From: an uncultured Candidatus Rokubacteria bacterium
GTDB taxonomy: Bacteria; Methylomirabilota; Methylomirabilia; Rokubacteriales; DASRDR01
Length of the DNA: 64,000 nt
Direction of reading: 5' to 3'
Assembly: GCA_963708025.1 (NCBI GenBank)
Contig: CAVPSB010000044.1
Span: forward strand, 32,001-96,000
Both the position numbers and the translations under genes were made by a program. The notes beneath the pieces are model-generated. The model saw only the letters and a program-made list of their open reading frames with translations, was not told the origin of the DNA and did not search any database. How positions within the stretch are numbered: the first letter of the stretch is position 1; each line of letters starts with the position of its first letter. Below are positions 40,699-52,728 of this stretch, in pieces.

Positions 40699-42973
40699 TC
40701 AAAATGGCGCACCGACCGCAAAGTGGATCTGGTAGGCCTTCTCGTCCGGCTCCCTATCGAGATTGTAGCCCAGGTCCAGGCGCAACGGCCCGAGCGGCGA
40801 GAAGAAGCGGAAGCCGATCCCCGCGCCCAGCCGCAGGTCCGTGGGATCGAAGTTCGTCCCGAAGCCGTAGGCGTTCCCGGCGTCGAAGAAGAAGGCCAGC
40901 CGGAAGCGCGGGAAGACCGGGATGAGCAGCTCCACGCTGAACAGGATCTCCGACGTGCCCCCGATGACCGCCCCGGTCGAGTCCTTGGGACCCACCGACC
41001 GCGTCCGCTGGCCCCGCAGGGTGGTGCCGCCGCCCAGGAAGAAGCGCTCGAAGATCGGGACCTCTTGGCCACCCCAGCCCTCGACGACGCCGGCCAGGGC
41101 GCGCGTTCCCAGCACCCAGTTGAAGATCGGCAGCGGGAAGAACCACGTCGAACTCGCCGACCACGCGGTAGTACTGGGTGTCCCCGCCCAGGCCGGCGAA
41201 GGCGAAGTCGAGGATGTTCCGGCTCCCGGTGGTGGGCTCGAAGTAGTTGTCGCGGGTGTCCCGGCTCAGCGAGAGCTCGATGACCGAGTTGAGCTTGGTC
41301 CCCAGCTCCTGCTTGAGGTCGTCGCTCGCCTCCTCGGAGACGTCGCTGATCGTCACGTTCTCCAGCCGGTAGCTGCCGGCCAGCGTGACGTACTCCGCCA
41401 GGGGGTAGGACGCCCGGATGTCGCCGCCGAGCCGCTCTTCCGTGAAGTCGGGGTATTCGCGCAGCCGGTCGTAGACGTCGAATCCGGCCCGGAGCGGGAT
41501 GTCGAGGAAGTAGGGGTCGGTGAACCCGACAAGGCCGAGTCGGCTCTGGGAGCCGATCCGGAAGCGCGCGAAGGCCTCGTAGCCGCGGCCGAACAGGTTC
41601 CGCTGGGTGACGTCGATGGTCGCGAAGACGTTGTCCAGGGAGCTGTAGCCGGCGCCGACGCTGAAGAGTCCGGTGGCCCGCTCCTTGACGTCGACGTTGA
41701 CGACCACCTTGTCGGGCGCCGTGCCCGGCTCGATCGAGACGTTCACCTCCTCGAAGTAGCCGAGGTTGAACAGCCGCTGCCGGCTGCGGACGAGCTTCTG
41801 GTTGGTGAACAGCTCCCCCTCGACCACCCGCAGCTCGCGACGGAGGATCTTCTCCGAGCTCTTGGTGTTGCCGGTGATGTTGATCCGCTCGACGTAGACC
41901 TCGGGCCCTTCCTTGATGTTGAGGCCGACCGTGACCCGGAGGGCGTCGGGGTCGACATCGGTGGCGGGCGTCACCTCGGCCCGGGCCCGGCCGATCTCGG
42001 AGTAGCGATCGGTGATGCTCCGGACCGACCCTCGCAGGAGGCTCCGGTTGAAGACGTCGCCCTCCTTGATGCGAATCAGGCGCTGCACGTCTTCGTTGGA
42101 CAGGATCTCGTTGCCCTTGAAGGTCACGGGCCCGGTGCGGAACTGGGGGCCCTCGACCAGCCGGGTGCGCAGGGTGACCTTGCCTCGCTCGAAGTTCGGG
42201 ATGATCTCGTGCGACTCGATCCGGGTCTGGAGGTAGCCGTTGTCGGCGTAGAGGTTGATGATCCGCTCGGCGTCCTCCTCGAAGACACGGCGGTGCACCT
42301 TGGAGAAGGGCAGGATGAACAGGATCCGCTCCTTGGTGAGCATCACGTCCTTGATCTGCTTGGCGGTGAGCGCCTGGTTCCCCTCGATGACGATCCGGTC
42401 GATGTACATCTTCCGGCCCTCGTCGATCCGGAAGACGACCCGGATGTCCCCCTCGGGCGTCCGCTCGGTCCGCGGGGAGATCGTCACCCCGAAGAAGCCT
42501 TCCTCCTCGTACTTCTGGCGGATCGTATCGACCGCCCGCTGCACCTCCACCGGGTTGTATAGGACGCCGACCCGCACCGCGGCGGCTTCCCGCAGCTCTT
42601 CCGTCTTCAGCCCCTGGTTCCCCTCGAAGCTGACCTCCCGGGCCAGCGGGCGCTCGACCACCACGAAGATGAGGCGGACGCCGCCCTCGAACTCCTCCAC
42701 CCGGACCTGGACGTCGTCGAAGAACCCCAGCGCGAAGATGGAGCGGACGTCCTCCCGGACGGCGCTCGGTGAGAAGGCGTCGCCGATCCGTGTCTGGACC
42801 CGGTTCACGATGACCGGGGACTGGATGCGGCGGTTGCCCTCGACGGCGATGTCGCGGACGGTGGGGGTGGCGGGGGTCGGGGGAGTCGGCCGTTCCTGGG
42901 CGTGGAGGAGGCCGGCCCAGCCGACCAGCATCAGGAGCCAGACGACGGAGAGGCGGTTCCCTCCGTAAGTCAC
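40699..42973 (-). CDS. bamA: Outer membrane protein assembly factor BamA, split by a single-base frameshift near 41151
   Basis: Five POTRA domains and a barrel in 42973-41153. The C-terminal ERFFLGGGTTLRG...RFFSPLGPLRLDLGY...FAVGAPF is in another frame. Deleting one T from GAG TTCG ACG TGG restores a continuous ORF. Confidence 0.95.
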
Positions 42974-43105
42974 CGGGGCCCTCCCGTTTGCCCGGGGGAA
43001 CGCCTCGGCCGGCTGGCTTGGCGCCGAGGGCGCTCGGCTCCCGACAGCCTCCGGTGCCGCCCCTCCCGGCGAGCCCTCACCGGCCTCGCGGCACCGGGCG
43101 AGGAC

Positions 43106-45547
43106 TCAGCGTTCCGCGAGATTCAGCGATGGTTCCGCGAGCGGGGCGAAGTCGAAGCTCTCGCCGTTGGCGCGGACCTCGATCCGCGCGCCCTCGTGGA
43201 TCTGGCCGCCGACGATGGATTCCGCGAGCGGATCCTCGATGTGCTTCTGGATGGTCCGCCGGAGCTGGCGGGCCCCGTAGGTCTGGTCGTACCCCTTGCG
43301 GAGGAGCAGGTCCTCGGCCTCAGGAGTCAACTCGATCCGGATCGTCTTCTCCTCGAGTTGCTTGTTCACGGCGTCGATCATCAGCCGGACGATCCCCTTG
43401 ATGTGCTCCTCGGACAGCGGGTGGAACACGATCACGTCGTCGATCCGGTTGATGAATTCCGGGCGGAACGCACGCTTCAGCTCCTCCAGCACCCGCTCCT
43501 TCATCCGCTCGTAGTTCTCGTCGGCCGACTCCGAGAGGAACCCCGGGCTGACTCGCTTCCCGATCAGGTTCGTCCCGAGGTTGGACGTCATGATGAGGAT
43601 CGTGTTCTTGAAGTCCACGACGTGCCCGAGCGAATCGGTCAGGCGCCCGTCGTCGAGAACCTGGAGCAGCATGTTGAAGACGTCGGGGTGGGCCTTCTCG
43701 ATCTCGTCGAAAAGGACGACCGAGTACGGCCGCCGGCGCACCTTCTCGGTCAGGTAGCCGCCCTCCTCGTAGCCGACGTAGCCCGGCGGGGCACCGAGGA
43801 GGCGCGAGACCGAGAATTTCTCCATGTATTCCGACATGTCGATGCGGATCAGGGCGTTCTCGTCGCCGAACAGGAACTCGGCCAGGGCGCGGGCCAGCTC
43901 GGTCTTCCCGACGCCGGTGGGGCCCAGGAAGATGAAGGAGCCGACCGGCCGCTTGGCGTTCTTCAGACCGGCCCGCGAGCGGCGGATCGCCCGCGAGACC
44001 GCCCGCACCGCGTCGTCCTGCCCGACAATGCGACCGTGGAGCGCCTCCTCCATGCGGGACAGCTTGGCCGATTCCTTCTCCTCGAGGCGAGAGAGCGGGA
44101 TGCCCGTCCAGCGGGAGACGATGTACTCCACGTCCTCTTCGGTGACGATCAACGTCTGCCGGCCCTTGTTCTTCTCCCACTCGCGCTTGAGCTCTTCGTC
44201 CCGGCCCCGCAGCACCTTCTCCTTCTCGCGGAGGGAGGCGGCCTTCTCGAACTCCTGGGCCTCCAGGAACATGTCCTTCTCCCGGACGACCCGCTCGATC
44301 TCCTTGTCGAGCTCCTTCAGCTCGGTGGGCGGCGTCATGGACTGCAGCCGCGTGCGGCTGGCCGCCTCGTCGATCACGTCGATGGCCTTGTCCGGGAGCT
44401 GGCGCTCGGTGATGTGCCGGTCGGCGAGCTTGACCGCGGCGTCGATCGCCTGGTCGGTGATCTTCACCCGGTGGTGCGCCTCGTACTTCGGGCGCAGGCC
44501 CTTGATGATCTCCACCGATTCCTGCACCGACGGGGCGCGGACGATGATCGGCTGGAAGCGCCGCTCCAGCGCCCCGTCCTTCTCGATGTGCTTCCGGTAC
44601 TCGTCGAGGGTGGTGGCCCCGATGCACTGGATCTCGCCCCGTGACAGGGCGGGCTTGAGCATGTTGGAGGCGTCGATCGCCCCCTCGGCGGCGCCGGCGC
44701 CGATCAGGGTGTGTAGCTCGTCGAGGAACAGGATCACGTTCTCCGACTGGCGGATCTCCTTCATGACCGCCTTCAGCCGCTCCTCGAACTGGCCGCGGTA
44801 CTTGGTCCCGGCCACCAGGGCGCCGAGGTCGAGCTGGAGGAGTCGCTTGCCGGCCAGCACGTCGGGGACGTCGTGGTTGACGATCTTCTGGGCCAGCCCC
44901 TCGACGATGGCCGTCTTGCCGACCCCGGGCTCCCCGATGAGGACCGGGTTGTTCTTGGTCCGGCGGGAGAGGATCTGGATGACCCGCTCGATCTCCGTCT
45001 CGCGCCCGATGACCGGATCGAGCTTGCCCTCCCGGGCGAACTGGGTGAGATCACGGGCGAACTCGTCCAGCACCGGCGTCTGGCTGCGCTTCTTCGGCCG
45101 CGGGTAGTACTGGTCGCCGAGCAGCGCCAGCGTCTCCTGGCGGACCTCGTCGAGCCGCGCGCCCAGCGATTCCAGGATCTTGGCGGCGATCGACTGGCCT
45201 TCCTTCATGATCCCGAGGAGCAGGTGCTCGGTCCCGATGTAGTTGTGACCGAGCTGGCGGGCCTCCTCGATGGACAGCTCCAGGACCCGCTTGGCCTGAG
45301 GGGTGAACGGCACCTCGCCGAACGTCAGCGTCTTGGGGAAGCCGGCCAGGGCCCGCTCGACCTCCGACTTGACCGTCTCCAGGCGAAGGCCGAGCCGCTG
45401 GAGCACCGCGGTGGCGATCCCCTCCCCGTCTCGGATCAGACCCAGGAGGATGTGCTCGGTCCCGACGAAGTCGTGTCGGAACCGGCCAGCCTCCTCGCGG
45501 GCCAGGATGATGACTCGCCGCGCGCGCTCCGTGAACCGTTCAAACAC
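43106..45547 (-). CDS. clpC: ATP-dependent Clp protease ATPase subunit ClpC
   Basis: [11 protein letters not shown]lp-N domain, [11 protein letters not shown]-type middle domain [28 protein letters not shown] loop. SD GGAGG precedes the GTG start. Confidence 0.95.
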   Translation of the reverse strand: MFERFTERARRVIILAREEAGRFRHDFVGTEHILLGLIRDGEGIATAVLQRLGLRLETVKSEVERALAGFPKTLTFGEVPFTPQAKRVLELSIEEARQLGHNYIGTEHLLLGIMKEGQSIAAKILESLGARLDEVRQETLALLGDQYYPRPKKRSQTPVLDEFARDLTQFAREGKLDPVIGRETEIERVIQILSRRTKNNPVLIGEPGVGKTAIVEGLAQKIVNHDVPDVLAGKRLLQLDLGALVAGTKYRGQFEERLKAVMKEIRQSENVILFLDELHTLIGAGAAEGAIDASNMLKPALSRGEIQCIGATTLDEYRKHIEKDGALERRFQPIIVRAPSVQESVEIIKGLRPKYEAHHRVKITDQAIDAAVKLADRHITERQLPDKAIDVIDEAASRTRLQSMTPPTELKELDKEIERVVREKDMFLEAQEFEKAASLREKEKVLRGRDEELKREWEKNKGRQTLIVTEEDVEYIVSRWTGIPLSRLEEKESAKLSRMEEALHGRIVGQDDAVRAVSRAIRRSRAGLKNAKRPVGSFIFLGPTGVGKTELARALAEFLFGDENALIRIDMSEYMEKFSVSRLLGAPPGYVGYEEGGYLTEKVRRRPYSVVLFDEIEKAHPDVFNMLLQVLDDGRLTDSLGHVVDFKNTILIMTSNLGTNLIGKRVSPGFLSESADENYERMKERVLEELKRAFRPEFINRIDDVIVFHPLSEEHIKGIVRLMIDAVNKQLEEKTIRIELTPEAEDLLLRKGYDQTYGARQLRRTIQKHIEDPLAESIVGGQIHEGARIEVRANGESFDFAPLAEPSLNLAER

Positions 45548-45624
45548 GCTGTCCCTCCAGCCGGCCGTCCAGCCAGCCCCCGTCGGGCTCGACGAGAGTG
45601 CCTCCCCTTCGGTCCGGCACCCTC

Positions 45625-45660
45625 ATGATACCCCAGCCGGACAGGTTGTCACGGAAAAAA
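45625..45660 (-). promoter_or_regulatory. Putative promoter for clpC
   Basis: Minus strand T-tract, then GTGACA-N16-TATCAT. Confidence 0.5.
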
Positions 45661-45698
45661 TGCTTCACGTCGAGGAACTTACGCCTCGGACGCGAGTG

Positions 45699-46397
45699 TC
45701 AGCTTTCCACCACGGCCCGGCCGTCCACCAGCCGGACGAGGCGGTCCGCGCGGCGGGCCAGCTCCATGTTGTGGGTCGCGATCACGAACGTGACGCCGCG
45801 CTCCGCCTGCAGCCGTCCGAACAGCTCGAACACGCCCTCGCTGGTCTTGGCATCGAGGTTCCCGGTCGGCTCGTCGGCCACGATGACCTTCGGGCGACCC
45901 ACCAGGGCTCGGGCCAGGGCGACCCGCTGCTGCTCGCCGCCGGACAGCTCGCCCGGGCGGTGACCGGTCCGCTCGGAGAGCCCGACCTCGCGCAGGGCGT
46001 CGAGGGCCGCCACCCGCGCCTCCGCCATCGCCCGACGCTGCACCAGGGCGGGCAGCATGGCATTCTCGAGCGCGGTGAACTCGGACAGTAGATTGTAGAG
46101 TTGGAAGACGAACCCCACCTCGTGGCGGCGAAAGCGCGTCAGCTCGGTGTCGGTGCGGGCGAACAGGTCCTGGCCCCGGAACAGCACCCGGCCCGTCGTC
46201 GGCCGGTCCAGCGCCCCCAGGACGTGGAGGAGGGTGGACTTGCCGACGCCCGACGCGCCCACCACCGCCACCAGCTCCCCGGTGTGGACGGTGAGGTTGA
46301 CGCCCTTGAGGACCCGCACCGCCTCGCCACCCGTTCGGTACTCCTTCTCGACCTGCTCGGCGACGATCAGGGTGGGTCGGGGCTCGACCTCACTCAT
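45699..46397 (-). CDS. lolD: Lipoprotein-releasing ABC transporter ATPase
   Basis: GASGVGKST, LSGGEQQRVA, ADEPTGNLD, ATHN. Follows the lolC/E gene. Confidence 0.9.
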   Translation of the reverse strand: MSEVEPRPTLIVAEQVEKEYRTGGEAVRVLKGVNLTVHTGELVAVVGASGVGKSTLLHVLGALDRPTTGRVLFRGQDLFARTDTELTRFRRHEVGFVFQLYNLLSEFTALENAMLPALVQRRAMAEARVAALDALREVGLSERTGHRPGELSGGEQQRVALARALVGRPKVIVADEPTGNLDAKTSEGVFELFGRLQAERGVTFVIATHNMELARRADRLVRLVDGRAVVES

Positions 46398-47622
46398 AGC
46401 GGAGCACCTCGACCGGGTCGAGCCGGGCCGCCTGGCGGGAGGGGTAGAGCGTGGCCAGGAACGAGAGCACCAGCGCGGAGACGGAGATCAGGGTCAGGTC
46501 GAGCGAGTACAGGCGCATGGGGAGGACCGAGAGCTGGTAGACGTCTCCGGGGATCTTGACGATGTGGTACGTTTCCTGGATCCAGCCGATGGTCACCCCG
46601 AGCCCCGTCCCGACCAGGGTGCCGACCAGGCCGATGAGGACGCCCTCGGCCATGAAGATCAGCATGACGCTGCGCGCGTCGGCGCCCAGCGTGCGGAGGA
46701 CGCCGATCTCCCGGCGTTTCTCGGCGACCATGAGGATCAGGTGGCTGATGATCGCGAACGCCGCCACGAAGACGATCAGGGTCAGGATCACGAACATCGC
46801 GGTCTTCTCGAGCTGGATGGCCGAGAAGAGGTTGCGGTTCATCTCCATCCAGTCCCGCGTCCAGAACGGGAAGCCGAGCGCCTTCCCGAGGTCGAGCGCC
46901 ACCCGGCGCGCCCGGTAGGGGTCGCCGACCCGCACCTCGATCCCCGAGACCCGGCCGCCGAGGTCGGCGAACTGCTGGGCGGTGGCCAGCGAGGTGTAGG
47001 CCAGCGCCGAGTCGTACTCGTAGAGGCCGACCTCGAAGATTGCCACCACCCGGAACGGGCGCATCTTGGGGATGGTCCCGACGGCGGTGACGGCGCCCTT
47101 CGGGGAGATCGCCATCACGGTGCTGCCGACGAAGGCGCCGAGGTTCCGCGCCAGCTCGCGGCCGAGGACGATCCCCGGCTCGCCCTCGGCGAGGTCGGCC
47201 AGGCTGCCCTGCTTGACCCGGCGGGCCAGCTCGGCCTGGCCGACCTCCGGATCGATGCCGCGGAGGACGACGCCGGTCGCCGCCCCCTCGTGGGAGAGCA
47301 TGACCTGCTGGACGACGAACGGCGCAGCGGCCTTGACTTCCGGGTGCTGGCGGACCACGCGGACGGCTCCGTCCGGATCCTGGATACCCTGGCCCAGGGT
47401 GTCGAGGACCAGGACGTGGGCGGTGGTCCCGAGGATCTTCCCCCGCAGCTCCTCCTCGGCTCCCGACATGACGCCGATCACGACGATCAGCGCCATCACC
47501 CCCAGGGCCATGCCGGCCATCGCGATCAGCGTGAGGAGCGACAGGGCGCCCCGCCGGCCCTTCGACCGGAGGTAGCGGAGGCCGACGAACAGCTCGAAGG
47601 GGAGCCCGCGGCCCGAGATCAC
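46390..47622 (-). CDS. lolE: Lipoprotein-releasing ABC transporter permease LolC/E
   Basis: [71 protein letters not shown]. Confidence 0.92.
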   Translation of the reverse strand: MISGRGLPFELFVGLRYLRSKGRRGALSLLTLIAMAGMALGVMALIVVIGVMSGAEEELRGKILGTTAHVLVLDTLGQGIQDPDGAVRVVRQHPEVKAAAPFVVQQVMLSHEGAATGVVLRGIDPEVGQAELARRVKQGSLADLAEGEPGIVLGRELARNLGAFVGSTVMAISPKGAVTAVGTIPKMRPFRVVAIFEVGLYEYDSALAYTSLATAQQFADLGGRVSGIEVRVGDPYRARRVALDLGKALGFPFWTRDWMEMNRNLFSAIQLEKTAMFVILTLIVFVAAFAIISHLILMVAEKRREIGVLRTLGADARSVMLIFMAEGVLIGLVGTLVGTGLGVTIGWIQETYHIVKIPGDVYQLSVLPMRLYSLDLTLISVSALVLSFLATLYPSRQAARLDPVEVLRYE

Positions 47623-49169
47623 GCGCCCTCCTCGGAGGTTTCCGGCCGGAGGAGCGGGAAGAGGATCACCTCACGGATCGAGGCCTTGTCGGCGAACAGC
47701 ATCACCAGCCGATCGATCCCGACGCCTTCCCCGGCCGTCGGCGGCAGCCCGTACTCGAGGGCGCGCACGTAGTCCTCGTCGAGGGGATGCGCCTCATCGT
47801 CACCTCGCTCGCGCTCGCGGTGCTGGAGCTCGAAGCGGCGCCGCTGCTCCATCGGGTCGTTCAGCTCCGAATAGGCGTTGGCCAGCTCCAGGCGCGCGAT
47901 GAAGAGCTCGAACCGGTCGACCAGCCGCGGGTCCTCCCGCTTCTGCCGGGCCAGTGGCGAGAGCTCGATGGGAAAGTCGACCACGAATGTCGGCTGGACG
48001 AGCTCAGGCTCGATGAAGGCCTCGAACACGTCCTTCCACATCTGGAAGAGGGGCGTCTCGGAGCCCCATCGCCACTCGCCAGCGTCCATGCCACGCTGGC
48101 CGGCGACCGCCCAGGCTTGCCGGCGAACCTCCTCCGTGATGTAGACCGCATTCCGGCCGAGGCTCAGCGCTTGACCGATGGCGTCGAGATAGCGGAGGCG
48201 GCGCCAGGGGGGCGTCAAGTCGATCGTCTCGCCCTGGTAGGTGAGCGTGGTTCCGCCCCGGAGGGTCTGGCCCAGCTCGACGAAGAGCTGCTCGGTCAGC
48301 TCCATCAGGTCGCCGTAGTCGGCGTAGGCCTGGTAGAACTCCAGCATCGTGAACTCGGGGTTGTGCTCGGTGGAGATCCCCTCGTTCCGGAAAATCCGGC
48401 CGATCTCGTACACCCGGTCGATCCCGCCGACGACGAGACGCTTGAGGTGCAGCTCGAGCGCGATCCGGAGGTAGAGCTCGAGGTCGAGCGCGTTGTGGTG
48501 GGTCTTGAAGGGCCGGGCGGTCGCCCCGCCGGCGACGGCCTGCATCGTCGGCGTCTCCACCTCCAGGAAGCCCCGGGCGTCGAGAAACGCGCGAATCGTC
48601 TGGATCGCCCGCGAGCGGAGCCGGAAGACCTCGCGCACCTCCGGATTGACCACGAGGTCGACGTACCGCTGGCGGAAGCGGGTCTCCACGTCCTTGAGCC
48701 CGTGCCACTTCTCGGGCAGCGGCCGGAGCGACTTGGTCAGGAAGGTCCAGGCCTTCACCTGGACCGTCAGCTCGCCCGTCCGCGTCCGGAACAGCTCGCC
48801 GGTCACCCCGACGAAGTCACCGACGTCCAGCCCGGTGAACGCCTCGTATTCCTGGCCCAGGAGGTCGGCACGGGCGTAGACCTGGATGGTGCCGGTGCCG
48901 TCCAGGAGGCTGGCGAAGCAGGACTTGCCGAAGTGTCGGAGCGCCAGCACCCGGCCGGCCACGCTGACCGGACCGGCCTCCTTCAGCGCGTCGTCGGTGG
49001 CGACGTCCCCGTGGGCGTGGAGCGCACCCGCCCGGTGGGAGACGGGGAAGCGCGTGCCGAACGGGTCAACGCCGGCGACCCGGAGGGCCTCCAGCTTCTC
49101 GTGCCGGCGCCGGACCAGCTCGTTCGCCGGGAGACCCTCGTCCCTGGCTTCCCGGGGCCCCGGGCTCAT
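47619..49169 (-). CDS. lysS: Lysyl-tRNA synthetase (class II)
   Basis: [57 protein letters not shown]. Confidence 0.98.
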   Translation of the reverse strand: MSPGPREARDEGLPANELVRRRHEKLEALRVAGVDPFGTRFPVSHRAGALHAHGDVATDDALKEAGPVSVAGRVLALRHFGKSCFASLLDGTGTIQVYARADLLGQEYEAFTGLDVGDFVGVTGELFRTRTGELTVQVKAWTFLTKSLRPLPEKWHGLKDVETRFRQRYVDLVVNPEVREVFRLRSRAIQTIRAFLDARGFLEVETPTMQAVAGGATARPFKTHHNALDLELYLRIALELHLKRLVVGGIDRVYEIGRIFRNEGISTEHNPEFTMLEFYQAYADYGDLMELTEQLFVELGQTLRGGTTLTYQGETIDLTPPWRRLRYLDAIGQALSLGRNAVYITEEVRRQAWAVAGQRGMDAGEWRWGSETPLFQMWKDVFEAFIEPELVQPTFVVDFPIELSPLARQKREDPRLVDRFELFIARLELANAYSELNDPMEQRRRFELQHRERERGDDEAHPLDEDYVRALEYGLPPTAGEGVGIDRLVMLFADKASIREVILFPLLRPETSEEGA

Positions 49170-50264
49170 GGCTTGTCCTTACGGAACAGGTAGGCCTCGA
49201 TGAACGGGTCGATGTCGCCGTCCATCACGGCGTCAACGTTGCCGACCTCGAGGTTGGTCCGGTGGTCCTTGATGAGCTGGTAGGGGGCGAAGACGTAGGA
49301 GCGGATCTGACTGCCGAAGGCGATCCCCTTCTTCTCGCCGGTCAGCTTCTCCATCTCGGCCTTTCGCTCCTGGTCGGCGATCTGATACAGGCGCGCGCGG
49401 AGGACCCGGAGGGCGGTGTCGCGGTTCCGGAGCTGGGAGCGCTCGTTCTGGCACGAGACGACGATACCGGTCGGCAAGTGGGTGATGCGGACGGCGGAAT
49501 CGGCGGTGTTGACCCCCTGCCCGCCCGGCCCCGAGGAGCGGAAGACGTCGACCCGGAGGTCGTCGTCGCGGACGACCACCTCGACGTCCTCGACCTCCGG
49601 CATCACCGATACCGACGCGAACGACGTGTGCCGCCGGCGGGCGGCGTCGAACGGCGAGATTCGCACCAGGCGGTGGACGCCGGTCTCGCCCTTGAGGTAG
49701 CCATAGGCGTAGTCGCCGGTCAGCGTGAGGGTGGCCGACTTGATGCCCGCCTCCTCGCCCGGCAGCAGATCCACCACCTCGATCTTGTAGCCGTGGCGCT
49801 CGGCCCAGCGCGTGTACATGCGCAGGAGCATCTGGGCCCAGTCCTGGGACTCGGTGCCGCCGGCCCCGGCGTGGATGGAGACAATCGCGGTCTTCCGGTC
49901 GTGCTCACCCGACAGGACGGCGGTGAGCTCGAACTCCCGGAGTGCCGACTGCAGGCGTCGCAGCCCGTCCTGGAGCTCCGGCTCGAGACTCTCGTCGCCC
50001 TCCTCGAGCGCCATCTCCCAGAGCAGGCGCAGCTCACCCAGCTCCCGGCCGAGCACCTTGGCTCGATCGACCAGGCCGCCCAGCTCGTTGCGCTCGCGGA
50101 TCAACCCCTGGGCGCGCCGGGCGTCGTCCCAGAAGCTCGGGGCCCCCATCTCCGCCTCGATGGCGGCCACGCGCGCCTCCTTGCCGGCGAGGTCAAAGAT
50201 GCCCCCGGAGATCTTCGAGCCGCCGCTCGAGGTCGGTGAGGTCGCGTCGGAGGTCGCCGAGCAC
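49166..50264 (-). CDS. prfB: Peptide chain release factor 2 with a programmed +1 frameshift (join 50264..50196, 50194..49166)
   Basis: GTG 50264 gives [23 protein letters not shown], then GGGGG-CAT-CTT-TGA-C. The downstream frame has [11 protein letters not shown] and GGQ. Confidence 0.97.
50192..50206 (-). promoter_or_regulatory. prfB +1 frameshift site (internal SD plus CTT TGA C)
   Basis: Minus strand GGGGGCATCTTTGAC. Confidence 0.95.
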
Positions 50265-50267
50265 CGG

Positions 50268-51806
50268 CTACCTCCGGCGCCCGGCCCAGGCCCGCGCGGC
50301 GAGCGCGGCCAGCGTGGCGGCGGCGCAGCCGTACGCGAAGACGTCCCCGAAGCGGGTGTAGAAGGTCGGCCGGCCGGCCAGCGGCGCCTCGACCCGGAGG
50401 ACGCCCCGGCGAGAGAGCGCCAGCTCGGGGCCGATCCGACCGTCGGGGCCGACCAGCGCGGAGACGCCGGTGTTGGCGGCCCGCACGACGGCCACACCGT
50501 TCTCGACGGCCCGCAGCGGCACCATGGCCAGATGCTGGAGGGGGCCGCTCGACTCCCCGAACCAGGCGTCGTTCGTGATGTTCACCATGAACCTCGCGCC
50601 CTCCCGGACGAACCCACGGAAGAGGTCCGGGAAGATGACCTCGTAGCAGATGACCGTTCCGAACGGCGCCCCCTCGAGGGGGAACACCACCCGGTCGCGA
50701 CCGGGGGTGAAGTCGCCGATCTCGGCCGCAAGCGCTTCCACGAAGAACAGCAGTCCTCTCAGGGGCACGTATTCCCCGAAAGGCACGAGATGGATTTTAT
50801 CATAGCGGGTCTGGAGACCCTCCGCGCGGACCAGGAACGCGCTGTTGAGGAAGTGGGTCGTCGCGCCCTCTTGGCGGGCGTCGGGGGCGCCGACGAGGAG
50901 CGGGGTGCCCAGTTCGCCGGCCAGTCGGGTCAGCCAGTCGATGACCCCCGGCTCGTAGGTGAGGTAGGCCGGCACCGCCGCTTCCGGCCAGACGACCAGC
51001 CGGCTCCCGGGGGTGACCTGCCGGGTCAGCTCGGCGTGGGTCTCGAGCGTGGCCCACCGGGAGGCCTTCTCCCACTTGATGGCCTGGTCGATGTGCCCCT
51101 GCACGATGCCGACCGGAACCGTCCCGGTCTCCGGCGCCGACCGGGACGCGCCGACCGCCAGCGTGGCACCGACGGCGACCCCGACGACCGCCGCGCTCAC
51201 CGCCATGGCCGGCCGACTGCGCCGCACGAGCACCCACGCCAGCGCCGTGTTGCTCAGCGCGAGCAGGAACGAGACGCCGTACACGCCCGTCCAGGCGGCG
51301 ATCCCGATCAGCTCGAGCCGTCGGTACGGGACGTAGCCGAGCAGGCCCCACGGGAAGCCGCTGAAGACATAGGTGCGGGCCAGCTCGCTCGATACCCAGA
51401 ACGGCGGGGTCAGCCACACCGCCCCTGGGCCCAGGCGCGTCCCCAGCAACGCGACCGCGAAGGCCACCGCGCCCACGTAGAGCGCGCAGTAGGCGGCGAG
51501 CGCGAGCAGCAGCAGGATCGCCAGAGGCCCGGAGAGGCTCGAATAGTGGGTCATCGAGTGGGTGATCCAGCGGAGGAGCGGGAGGAAGAACCCGAGGCCC
51601 GCGAGCCAGCCTTCGAGGAAGGCCCGGCCCGGCGACCGGGCGGTGGCGGCGAGGGCGAACACGGGAGCGAGCGCCACCCAGCCGAGCAGATCCCACGCGG
51701 GTCGCGGATAGGCGAGGTGCAGAGCGAGCCCGGCGCCGGTTGCCACGAGGACCCGCCTGATCGATTCGGCTCCGCTGCCCCCTTCCCGTGTGATGTGAGG
51801 ACTCAA
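50268..51806 (-). CDS. lnt: Apolipoprotein N-acyltransferase
   Basis: Multiple TMs, GFPWGLLGY, VWPEAA, YDKIHLVPFGEYVP, ICYEVIFP, NITNDAWFG, RAANTGVS. Start uncertain. Confidence 0.96.
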   Translation of the reverse strand: MSPHITREGGSGAESIRRVLVATGAGLALHLAYPRPAWDLLGWVALAPVFALAATARSPGRAFLEGWLAGLGFFLPLLRWITHSMTHYSSLSGPLAILLLLALAAYCALYVGAVAFAVALLGTRLGPGAVWLTPPFWVSSELARTYVFSGFPWGLLGYVPYRRLELIGIAAWTGVYGVSFLLALSNTALAWVLVRRSRPAMAVSAAVVGVAVGATLAVGASRSAPETGTVPVGIVQGHIDQAIKWEKASRWATLETHAELTRQVTPGSRLVVWPEAAVPAYLTYEPGVIDWLTRLAGELGTPLLVGAPDARQEGATTHFLNSAFLVRAEGLQTRYDKIHLVPFGEYVPLRGLLFFVEALAAEIGDFTPGRDRVVFPLEGAPFGTVICYEVIFPDLFRGFVREGARFMVNITNDAWFGESSGPLQHLAMVPLRAVENGVAVVRAANTGVSALVGPDGRIGPELALSRRGVLRVEAPLAGRPTFYTRFGDVFAYGCAAATLAALAARAWAGRRR

Positions 51807-51837
51807 GCCGTCAGACCGGATGCGCCGGCTCCCATTC

Positions 51838-51990
51838 CCGCCGACCGTCGGCTTCTCGCAACGGGTTGATTGCCGTTCTCACGCTCGAGGAGTCCCACTC
51901 CGGGCCGCGGCCCAAAGGCCGAAGGCCGTCCATCAGTCGCGGCCTCCGAGGAGGGGGCAGCGGGGGGTCTTCCGAGACCCCCCGGAGAAA
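51838..51990. repeat. Repeat family 3 copy
   Basis: CGTCGGCTTCTCGCAAC...GCCGCGG...GGGGGG(T)CTTCCGAGACCCCCCGGAGA is shared with 53236-53356. Contains a GNA module. Confidence 0.8.
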
Positions 51991-52728
51991 CTATCGCCCA
52001 TGGAGGAGACGGTCTCCGAGGACAAGCGGGAGGCCGACCGCGTGGATCCGCCGACGGGCCTCGGCGGTGTCGTACGGCACGCGACGGATCTCCACCCACC
52101 CGCCGTCGAGATCCCACAAGGCATAGGCGGCCATCGGGTCCCCGTCGCGCGGCTGACCCACGCTGCCAACGTTGACGATGTAGCGCTCGCCCGGATGCGC
52201 GTCGATCCGCACCGCGCCCCGGGCGAAGTCGACACGCCCGTCCTCGCCCAGGGCCCACGCCGCCGGCAGGTGCGAGTGCCCGACGAAGCAGAAGGGGGTC
52301 GAGAAGGCGGGAAACGCCCGGGCCCCGTCGCGGGGCGCCACCAGGTAGGGCCACTCGCCGGGATCCCGGGGCGAGGCGTGGACCAGCGTGGCGCCGGCAT
52401 GCTCCCGCACTAGCGGCAGCGTCGTCAGGTAGCGGGCCTGCGCAGGGTGGAGCCGCCCCGCGGTCCACTCGGCGGCGGCGCGGGCGAAGGGGTTGAACCA
52501 CTCGAGATCCATGAGCCCGGCCGCGGCGTGGTCGTGGTTGCCGGCGACGGCGATCGCGTCGTAGCCGAGCAAGAGGTCGACGACGAGGTCGGGATCCGCG
52601 CCGTAGCCGACCATGTCGCCGAGGCAGAGGAGGCCGCCGACGCCGACGCCCGAGCGGGCGAGGTCGACCAGCACCGCGGCCAGCGCCGGCTCGTTGCCGT
52701 GGATGTCGGAGAGGACCCCGTACCTTAC
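51991..52728 (-). CDS. Calcineurin-like metallophosphoesterase (YfcE/Metallophos_2)
   Basis: SDIHGN, LGDMVGYG, GNHD, HASP, GHSH, NVGSVGQPRDGDP. The expected start position is GTA, overlapping the nusB TAA. Confidence 0.9.
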   Translation of the reverse strand, partial: VRYGVLSDIHGNEPALAAVLVDLARSGVGVGGLLCLGDMVGYGADPDLVVDLLLGYDAIAVAGNHDHAAAGLMDLEWFNPFARAAAEWTAGRLHPAQARYLTTLPLVREHAGATLVHASPRDPGEWPYLVAPRDGARAFPAFSTPFCFVGHSHLPAAWALGEDGRVDFARGAVRIDAHPGERYIVNVGSVGQPRDGDPMAAYALWDLDGGWVEIRRVPYDTAEARRRIHAVGLPLVLGDRLLHGR

